Part shown: in pieces, positions 57,081-64,000 of the stretch
Position numbering within the stretch: the stretch's first letter is position 1
Layout of the letters: every line of letters begins with the position of its first letter
Virus record (IMG/VR): IMGVR_UViG_2775506840_000002
Location: 27,928 to 91,927 of that record
DNA length: 64,000 nt
Reading direction: 5' to 3' (one strand)
Origin: a virus
Taxonomy: Duplodnaviria; Caudoviricetes
Notes under the pieces: generated by a model
The model's database searches: none
Told to the model about the DNA's origin: nothing
What the model saw: only the letters and a program-made list of their open reading frames with translations
Position numbers and translations under genes: made by a program

Positions 57081-58103
57081 TTAAAAATCACCATCCCCAT
57101 TTATAAATTCTTGCATCCCCTTAGACATTAACTGGCTTGTCACCGTTCCAACAGATGCTTTTAAACTATTGTCATACTGTCCTTCTAAAATTGCTATAGC
57201 TTGATTTTCTCGCATGATCCAGTCAAAGTTTGCTTTCCACTCCTTCTTACGACCTGCTAAGAAATCACTGGATTCTGTTTTGTAAAACAAGGTTCTTAGT
57301 ATATCAATATCACCATTTGCATATTTCCACATTGTTCGCATAGCCTTTTTACGTTTATCACTGACCTGCTGTACTTGAGGGAGTGATATGCAAATCTTGT
57401 TATATTCAAAAATGATATCCTCATACGGTACTTGTGTGCGTCGTGTGCGCTCTGGCTCGATAGAGCCACTATTGTGTGTACTCTCCTGTGTAGTCTTTTG
57501 TTTAGTCTCCTGGTAATCTACTGAGTAATCTACTGATAATGGAAATGCCCTTTCGGCACTTACGTAAGTTCCCTTTGGTTCTGTACGTAAGTTACCATTG
57601 GCACCATCCGTAAGTTCCCTTTGTTCATCTCCGTAAGTGCCCTTTGGTAACTTACGTAAAACACCTTTGGGAACTTCCGTAGAATCGCTTTTTGTTGCCC
57701 AATTTGTTAAAACTTGATCTAGAAGTTCATTGTTTCTTTGATAGAAAGTTAACCCTTTAACCCTATCTCGGTAAGACAAGTAATACATGCCTTCAAACTT
57801 ATCACTAGCCTGGTCATACTCCTTTTTACTTACATAAGTAATACCTATCTTAGAAAATGCATTTTTAAATTCCTTTTTGCTAAACCCTATCTCTTCTAGC
57901 CATGCATCACCTGGTGCATAACTTGGATGTTCACATCCTTCAAGGAACTTATAGAAGTTTCTTCCGTTTGTTTTTGAGAACCAATACTCAAGCTGAACCA
58001 TAAGCAAACTTGCTGTAACTGATTTGGTAAGGGTATTAAGTTCTGGATAATAAGGTATTGCTCTTGATACATTTGCTAATATCAAGCTTTTCATTTCAGC
58101 CAT
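57081..58103 (-). CDS. Replication initiator
   Basis: Internal iterons; C-terminal FL.G...WKANFDW....ILEG.Y. Confidence 0.8.
   Translation of the reverse strand: MAEMKSLILANVSRAIPYYPELNTLTKSVTASLLMVQLEYWFSKTNGRNFYKFLEGCEHPSYAPGDAWLEEIGFSKKEFKNAFSKIGITYVSKKEYDQASDKFEGMYYLSYRDRVKGLTFYQRNNELLDQVLTNWATKSDSTEVPKGVLRKLPKGTYGDEQRELTDGANGNLRTEPKGTYVSAERAFPLSVDYSVDYQETKQKTTQESTHNSGSIEPERTRRTQVPYEDIIFEYNKICISLPQVQQVSDKRKKAMRTMWKYANGDIDILRTLFYKTESSDFLAGRKKEWKANFDWIMRENQAIAILEGQYDNSLKASVGTVTSQLMSKGMQEFINGDGDF
57540..57700. repeat. Seven 23-bp iterons (phage origin)
   Basis: CGTAAGT.CCCTTTGG core at 57540, 57563, 57586, 57609, 57632, 57655, 57678. Confidence 0.8.
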
Positions 58104-58448
58104 TATTTGTCCCCCTGTTTATGTATTCTTTGTGTTTGATAACTTGCCCTAACTTACAAGCAAAATATCCTATTGTAACACCTATTGCTAGTAATAAAGT
58201 GCCTACTAATTCATCCAACTTGTAAGCCTCCTAGTCATTTATGTATTAAATGCAGCACCAAAGATACAGCATAAAGCCTGTCCCCATAGTTGCTATTACC
58301 GCCAACTCAAACAACCCTTTCATAGCTTGGTCAAACCATTTGCTGAGGTTACTTTTAAGTGCTCTTTTTTCTCTTACTGTCATTATTCAATTCTCTCCCT
58401 TTGACATCTGTATAAGAACGTGCTATACTGATGTCACCAATTTAGATT

Positions 58449-58943
58449 TTAAACGTATGCTCTTTCAAGGTTGCCGCCTTGAAGGAGCTTTTTTCTTACT
58501 CCAAAACTACTTATAATTAGCGGTAAGCTTACACCTGCTAGCTCTGTGACTTCTTTCTGGACGCGTTCCCAGCGTTCTTCTTCATCTTCATTTACTTGTC
58601 CATCACATGCTATCGAGATCATATCCATCTGAACGGACCTTATATCGTTATATTCCTTCTGGAACCGTAAGGCTAGATTATCCAAACCTGTATGTATGAT
58701 TGGTGGCAAAATGAGCCTCCCAAGTTCTGTACATCGGTGTAAGTAAATATACCCTAGTAATGGCTCTTCGTAAGCCTGTACTATTTTTGAAACTGTTCTT
58801 TCTGATGGGATTTCTTTACCTGTCTCCCATTTGCTTAAAGTAGAGGTATCTGCTACTCCAATAACAAAGCATGCTTGCTCTTGTGTCAGCCCTCTATCCT
58901 TTCGTGCCTTTACCAGTGCTATAGTAAATTCATTCTGATTCAT
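58449..58943 (-). CDS. XRE-HTH regulator (CII-like position)
   Basis: ARKDRGLTQE..TLSKWETG; IACDG.V...E. Confidence 0.75.
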   Translation of the reverse strand: MNQNEFTIALVKARKDRGLTQEQACFVIGVADTSTLSKWETGKEIPSERTVSKIVQAYEEPLLGYIYLHRCTELGRLILPPIIHTGLDNLALRFQKEYNDIRSVQMDMISIACDGQVNEDEEERWERVQKEVTELAGVSLPLIISSFGVRKKLLQGGNLERAYV

Positions 58944-59063
58944 AACGATTTATCCCCTTCTTGTTATATTAGGTCAATTTATAGTCATAAAATTGACTAC
59001 TTTACCTATTCTTAATTTGCATATAATCCTGTAGTATATCTTTAGTATCTATGTACATTCTTC

Positions 59064-59270
59064 TTAATGATACACAGGCATTGAGGTTAATCTCTCAAAT
59101 ACAATTTTTCCTACCTCTTTAGGCATTTTATTGATTTGACTAACGATAACCTTAGCCTGAAACCTTGTAACTTCTTGATTAATACATGTGAGGTGTTGAT
59201 TCTCTTTAGTAAGTGGCGTACCATCTTCTAAAAAACATCTAATGTTGTACTCTTGTTCTTTGCAAGCCAT
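59064..59270 (-). CDS. Small protein behind a sporulation-type promoter (candidate excision factor)
   Basis: GGGGAGG RBS; promoter-like element 59290-59318. Confidence 0.55.
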   Translation of the reverse strand: MACKEQEYNIRCFLEDGTPLTKENQHLTCINQEVTRFQAKVIVSQINKMPKEVGKIVFERLTSMPVYH

Positions 59271-59289
59271 GACCTCCCCTCCTCTTTAG

Positions 59290-59318
59290 ATGTTTATGAA
59301 TGTCTAAATTTGTCCTAT
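59290..59318 (-). promoter_or_regulatory. Candidate mother-cell promoter/SpoIIID box
   Basis: ATAGGACAA-N11-CATAAACAT, matching 14010-14038. Confidence 0.4.
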
Positions 59319-59536
59319 GACCTCTTTATGTCATTTTTTGTGACATTTGTTTTTAAAAAAATTTTATCATCATTTGTTTTCAGACATTCTTTAAGTTTTA
59401 ATGCAATATCTAATGAGGGTGTTAATTTTCCAGTTTCATAGGAAGATATCGTATTTCTATTTACTCCTACATATTCTGCTACAGCATCTTGTGTCAAACC
59501 AAGCTTTTTTCTTTGGTTAATCATATAAATCCTCAT
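59315..59536 (-). CDS. Cro-like HTH
   Basis: LTQ..VA..VGV.RNTISSYETG. Confidence 0.85.
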   Translation of the reverse strand: MRIYMINQRKKLGLTQDAVAEYVGVNRNTISSYETGKLTPSLDIALKLKECLKTNDDKIFLKTNVTKNDIKRS

Positions 59537-59552
59537 GTATACCTCCTGTTAT

Positions 59553-59659
59553 GTCATTTATTATGACTTTATAGTACGTCATTTTAAATGACATGTCAAT
59601 AGCTTTTCTAAAAAATGTTTTATTTAATGACATTTATAGATTTAGTCATTAATAATGAC
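59553..59659. promoter_or_regulatory. Operator cluster GTCA-N7-TGAC
   Basis: 59553, 59578, 59617 (partial), 59645, plus 59330. Confidence 0.75.
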
Positions 59660-59710
59660 TATACTTTATATATAAAAACATCAATACTTTATCAGAATTG
59701 GAGGATAAAT

Positions 59711-60136
59711 ATGGAAGTGACTAGTAGTGAGTTTGCCTTAAGACTAAAAGAACTCCGTAAAGAAAATAATATTACACAACTAGAGCTTTCAAAGAAACTA
59801 GGTATAGTACGTACCGCTATTACCAATTATGAAACTGGTAGGACTATGCCAGATCCAATAACATTAAACGCGCTTGCCAAAATATTTAATGTGTCATTAG
59901 ATTATCTTATGGGTGAAACAAATACCCGTAATTATATTGACCTTGATCACATTAAGCCTGCATCTGTTAAGGAAAAAGTTTCTTATGATGAGTTCATGAA
60001 AACAGCAAAAGCTTTCTTTATGGATGCATCTGATGAAGATCGTGAAGCAATCACCAGAGATATTTCAAATTTATACTGGGAAAGTAAACAAATTAATAAG
60101 ACAAAATATGCTCCACGTAAAAAAAAAAATAGTTAA
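59711..60136 (+). CDS. CI/ImmR-like repressor
   Basis: HTH RLKELRKE..ITQ..; GGAGG RBS before 59711. Confidence 0.88.
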   Translation: MEVTSSEFALRLKELRKENNITQLELSKKLGIVRTAITNYETGRTMPDPITLNALAKIFNVSLDYLMGETNTRNYIDLDHIKPASVKEKVSYDEFMKTAKAFFMDASDEDREAITRDISNLYWESKQINKTKYAPRKKKNS

Positions 60137-60204
60137 ATAAAAACTTAAATAAATTTGAAATTTAATAAGTAATAACTATTCTTTTTTTTACTGGAGGAAC
60201 ACAA

Positions 60205-60645
60205 ATGATAAATATTAGAGTAAGGGTTAAAAACTTAGTGCAAAAATATGGGACACGTAGCCCTGAAAAAATTGCTAAAGAATTAAAAATCCATGTAAAA
60301 TACTTGCCTTATGCAACAACAAAAGGTTATTTTATTAAAATATTGCGCAATAAGTTCATTATTGTTAATTCTAATTTAGATGAAACAGCTCAACAAATAG
60401 TACTGGCGCATGAACTTGGGCATGCACTGCTCCACTCTAATAAAACGGACTTTTTGAAATATGAAAAGGGAGTTTTACTAACACAAGATGAAGACCTCTT
60501 TAACTCTAATTGTATGTACGAGAATCAAGCAAATAAATTTGCAGCCGAGTTACTCTTGCATAACGATATGGAATTTGAAGGTTCTTACATAGATGAAACA
60601 ACATATAATATGCTTGTTCGTATAAAAGAAACAAAAATAAGATAA
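60205..60645 (+). CDS. ImmA/IrrE metallopeptidase
   Basis: AHELGH, ENQANKFAAELL. Confidence 0.9.
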   Translation: MINIRVRVKNLVQKYGTRSPEKIAKELKIHVKYLPYATTKGYFIKILRNKFIIVNSNLDETAQQIVLAHELGHALLHSNKTDFLKYEKGVLLTQDEDLFNSNCMYENQANKFAAELLLHNDMEFEGSYIDETTYNMLVRIKETKIR

Positions 60646-60716
60646 TCGTACAAACCCATAGCATAATATTTATTGGCTATGTTATGGCTTATTATTAAAG
60701 TATATTAGGAGTAAAT

Positions 60717-61511
60717 ATGTCATATTTATATATAGATAAAATTATAGATGGTTACCCCCATACTTCTACACAACCTTTAAACTGTGTATTGAATAATAAT
60801 GAACATGTTATTTTTAAATGTTATGATAACCAAGAAGGTGTACTCTCTTTAATAAATGAGTGGGTTTCCTATAAGTTAGCATGTCATTTAAGATTGCCAA
60901 TCCCAAATGCTGGACTTGCTAGGTTAGACTTAAATACAGCTGTTGGTACTCCACCTTATGAAATTTCAAGTGGACTTGGTTTTTATTCAACACGATTAAA
61001 TAATATCTTGAATATGCGTTCTGAGTTAGGTTTACTTTTAAAACAGCATTGTATAAACTTAAGTGATTTCCCAAGAATTCTTTTATTTGATCACTTAATA
61101 TTCAATACTGACCGTAATCCAGGGAATTTATTATATAGTATTGCAGAAAATAAAATCTACATTATTGATCATACGCACGTCTTTCCAAATAGAGTTATCT
61201 GGGATAAATACAAGCTTAAGCAATGTATGGAAGAAAAAGATATTGGGGATACTTCTGTAATGGAATGGAATGAGTTTCTCTATAATATGTTTTTTGGAAT
61301 TATGTCTGTTAAAAATATGAATTTGATTGATGTTGCACATGATTTCCAAACTCTATTAAATAAGGACTTAATTAAAGATATTGTATATTCTATCCCAGAA
61401 GAATGGAAAATTGATTGCGATAGTTTAGATATGCTGATAGAATATATAAGTTATCGATTGGTTCACTTAGAGGATATTTGTAATACTATATTTAAGTATA
61501 AGGAGGTGTAA
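60717..61511 (+). CDS. HipA-like kinase
   Basis: K...NE, FD..I.N.DRNPGNLL, IDH. Confidence 0.8.
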   Translation: MSYLYIDKIIDGYPHTSTQPLNCVLNNNEHVIFKCYDNQEGVLSLINEWVSYKLACHLRLPIPNAGLARLDLNTAVGTPPYEISSGLGFYSTRLNNILNMRSELGLLLKQHCINLSDFPRILLFDHLIFNTDRNPGNLLYSIAENKIYIIDHTHVFPNRVIWDKYKLKQCMEEKDIGDTSVMEWNEFLYNMFFGIMSVKNMNLIDVAHDFQTLLNKDLIKDIVYSIPEEWKIDCDSLDMLIEYISYRLVHLEDICNTIFKYKEV

Positions 61512-61512
61512 T

Positions 61513-62310
61513 ATGATGTGTAAAATTAAATACTCTGCATTAACTTATTATCCATCTTTTTTATTAACTGATAATACTACAATCGGTGTTGCATTCCATA
61601 ACCTATCTACTAATGAGCGTAGATTTGAAATAACTTCTAATATAACTAGAATTGCTAATACATATGATGAATTAAACCCAGATATTTTAAAAATCATATT
61701 GCACAGTATCAAAGAGTCTATTTGCAAAGATTCATCATATTCATTCAATAATACAGAAACATCATTTGATTTATATGACTTCACAAAATTCTATGTCAAC
61801 GAATTTAAATTTACTCCTATTGTTGAAGTTGATGTAGAAAATTTTGATTCATTTATAGATGAAGCCAAAAAGATTTATCTAAGATATGACTACTCAAAAG
61901 AACAACGCCCTTCTGTAGGTGATGAAATCAAATTTTTAAAACATATAATTTCTTCCAAGAAGAATGATTGTTCTTCTAAACCTCTATTTGGTGAATTTAA
62001 TGATCAAATTAATTTTGATTATATTATAAATAATGAATATGCAATAAAAATATTTGATTTTAAGAATAGTACCCAAAAGCAATCTATTTCTACCGCAAGA
62101 AGTTGGGCTTTAGCTGCTCAAGAAGTTACTCCTATGCATAAAGTAGTATTTATCTATAGCCATGATATGGATATACTAAGCGAAAACGCAAAAAGCAAAC
62201 TAAAAACTGCATTAGCTATTTTAAATAAATATAGCTATAAAACATTAGAAATTAGTGAAGGGGCATCTTTTATCTCTTCAATAACTAACAATCAATTGTC
62301 GGTTATTTAA
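61513..62310 (+). CDS. DUF3037-like protein (kinase partner)
   Basis: YSAL.YYP.....T.IGV N-terminus; coupled to the kinase. Confidence 0.6.
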   Translation: MMCKIKYSALTYYPSFLLTDNTTIGVAFHNLSTNERRFEITSNITRIANTYDELNPDILKIILHSIKESICKDSSYSFNNTETSFDLYDFTKFYVNEFKFTPIVEVDVENFDSFIDEAKKIYLRYDYSKEQRPSVGDEIKFLKHIISSKKNDCSSKPLFGEFNDQINFDYIINNEYAIKIFDFKNSTQKQSISTARSWALAAQEVTPMHKVVFIYSHDMDILSENAKSKLKTALAILNKYSYKTLEISEGASFISSITNNQLSVI

Positions 62311-62320
62311 ATTTATATTC

Positions 62321-62351
62321 AAGCTCCACATAGACACATCTATGTGGAGCT
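62321..62351 (+). terminator. Strong hairpin upstream of integrase
   Basis: AGCTCCACATAGA/TCTATGTGGAGCT. Confidence 0.55.
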
Positions 62352-62377
62352 CATTGTTTATATATAGGAGGCCTACT

Positions 62378-64000
62378 ATGAAAATAGCAATCTACTCCCG
62401 TAAGTCCAAGACTTCTGACAAAGGGGAATCTATAGATAATCAAATACACATGTGTAAGGAGTATGCCAATGCACATTTTGAGACGCCAGAGTTCTCTACA
62501 TTTGTAGATGAAGGTTTCTCAGGTGGCAATACCAATCGTCCTCAATTTAAAATACTTATAGATGAGCTAAAGAAAGGTATGTATGATGTACTTATATGCT
62601 ATCGTCTAGATCGTATTTCTAGAAATGTTTCTGACTTTGCATCTACATTAGACATCTTAACCGAGCATGGCATAGGATTCGTATCTATCAAAGAGAATTT
62701 TGATACAACCACACCTATGGGGCGTGCCATGATTCACATATCTTCTGTATTTGCTCAACTAGAAAGAGAAACCATTGCAGAGCGTGTTACAGATAACCTA
62801 TTAGAGCTTGCAAAGCTGGGCCGTTGGCTAGGCGGTACTTCTCCGTTAGGCTATAAGAGCAAAAAAGTAGCTTATCAATCCAGTGGCAAGACTAAGCATT
62901 ATTCTGTTCTTGAACAAGATCCAGATACTGCTTCTATCGTTAAGCTCATTTTTGACAAGTATTTAGAGCTTGGTAGCATTTCTAAAGTAGAAACCTATCT
63001 TATGCAGTCTAATATCAAAACACCTAACAAAGCCTACTTCCGATCCAATGTTATACGTAATATATTAATCAATCCTGTTTATGTTACTGCTGATACATCA
63101 ATCTATGATTACTTTCATAAACTTGAATGTATTCTACCTAAACCTAAAGAAGAATTTAATGGCTCCTATGGACTCATGCCTTATAACCGTAATAAAAAAG
63201 GACAAGGAAACTTACAAAATCCTCATGATAAATGGATTATCTCCATTGGCACCCATGAGCCTATTATCTCTAGCCTAAATTGGATAGCAGTTCAAAAGCA
63301 ACTTGCTGCAAATAGCGACTTAGCCTATTCTAATGCAAGCACTTCTCCTGCTCTACTTAGCGGATTGATCTACTGTAAACATTGTGGGGCACCTATGCAA
63401 GTTTCCGGTAAAGGTGTTTTGGCAGATGGTACAGTATGCTATAACTATAGATGTACTACCAAGACTAAGAGTAGAGGTACGTTATGCAATATTAATAATA
63501 TAAGTAAAGGCTATGCTCTAGATGCGCTTGTAATCAAACGTATTCGTGCTATGTTAGAAAATGAAACGGACTTAATCAAAGAACTCAAAAAGTCTAAACA
63601 TGATTTAACCTTTAAGGCCGATGCTAATGAAGAAGAAAAAACACGTATCAAAATGGAATTAGATACAAATACGACTACTATTAGTAGCCTTATAAAAAAA
63701 CTTGCTCTATTTGATGATCCGACTATGGAACAATATATACAAGACGAGGTTAAGGCACTGCATAGTAAAAATGCTGCTCTTAAAGAGCAACTTGAAGATC
63801 TTGAAAGTTTGGGTATCAATCAAGACTACTCTCTTGCTAATATTGACCTTATTCTTCAATCTCTTAAAGATTTTAATAAACTGATAGACTATGCAACATT
63901 GCATCAAAAGAAAACGCTTATGCGCAACTTAATTAAGCGTATTGAATGGGATGGTGAAACAGTAGGTATCTTCTTCTACTTCCAACAAAGTCCATTATGA
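62378..64000 (+). CDS. Large serine recombinase (integrase 2)
   Basis: YSRKS, DRISR, FAQLERE, CKHCG Zn ribbon; AGGAGG RBS before 62378. Confidence 0.95.
   Translation: MKIAIYSRKSKTSDKGESIDNQIHMCKEYANAHFETPEFSTFVDEGFSGGNTNRPQFKILIDELKKGMYDVLICYRLDRISRNVSDFASTLDILTEHGIGFVSIKENFDTTTPMGRAMIHISSVFAQLERETIAERVTDNLLELAKLGRWLGGTSPLGYKSKKVAYQSSGKTKHYSVLEQDPDTASIVKLIFDKYLELGSISKVETYLMQSNIKTPNKAYFRSNVIRNILINPVYVTADTSIYDYFHKLECILPKPKEEFNGSYGLMPYNRNKKGQGNLQNPHDKWIISIGTHEPIISSLNWIAVQKQLAANSDLAYSNASTSPALLSGLIYCKHCGAPMQVSGKGVLADGTVCYNYRCTTKTKSRGTLCNINNISKGYALDALVIKRIRAMLENETDLIKELKKSKHDLTFKADANEEEKTRIKMELDTNTTTISSLIKKLALFDDPTMEQYIQDEVKALHSKNAALKEQLEDLESLGINQDYSLANIDLILQSLKDFNKLIDYATLHQKKTLMRNLIKRIEWDGETVGIFFYFQQSPL

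Larger units (their letters stand above)
18125..64000. mobile_element. Prophage 2, HK97-head contractile-tail phage, integrated in spoVFB
   Basis: Lysis, tail, head, packaging, replication, lysogeny and integrase modules in order. Confidence 0.92.

Noticed and set aside
57540-57700. Mini-CRISPR
   Set aside because: Contiguous degenerate 23-bp tandem repeats with no spacers, inside the initiator ORF
58982-58998. Additional CI operator (AGTCA-N6-TGACT)
   Set aside because: Spacer differs from the N7 operators; cannot be assigned to a regulator

Overview
Low-GC sequence from a spore-forming Clostridia-type host, almost entirely two tandem, co-oriented prophages, each with a large serine integrase at its right end. 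Prophage 1 (1..~17692; left part outside the window) shows an accessory/early region, RecT recombination and replication genes, a lysogeny switch and an integrase. Prophage 2 (~18125..>64000) is a nearly complete HK97-head, contractile-tail (PBSX Xkd-like) phage. The ~430 bp of host DNA between them holds the 3' end of spoVFA (unannotated, LPGKVAPMTAAAIL...) and the 5' part of spoVFB. Each prophage therefore splits one gene of the dipicolinate synthase operon, suggesting a double, possibly sequential, sporulation-linked excision switch. Other signals: (i) a 19-bp AAA-N6-TTTTATT motif at nearly every gene junction of both early regions, giving an integron-like cassette array; (ii) an orphan Ntox21 rRNase behind two terminators; (iii) a ParM/ParR/parC-like module plus a tyrosine recombinase in an integrating phage; (iv) candidate defence cargo (HEPN, SRA-HNH, TPR-DUF2971, HipA-like kinase/DUF3037); (v) a type I toxin-like peptide and small RNAs; (vi) two predicted -1 frameshifts. 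All family calls come from motif recognition by eye, not database searches.
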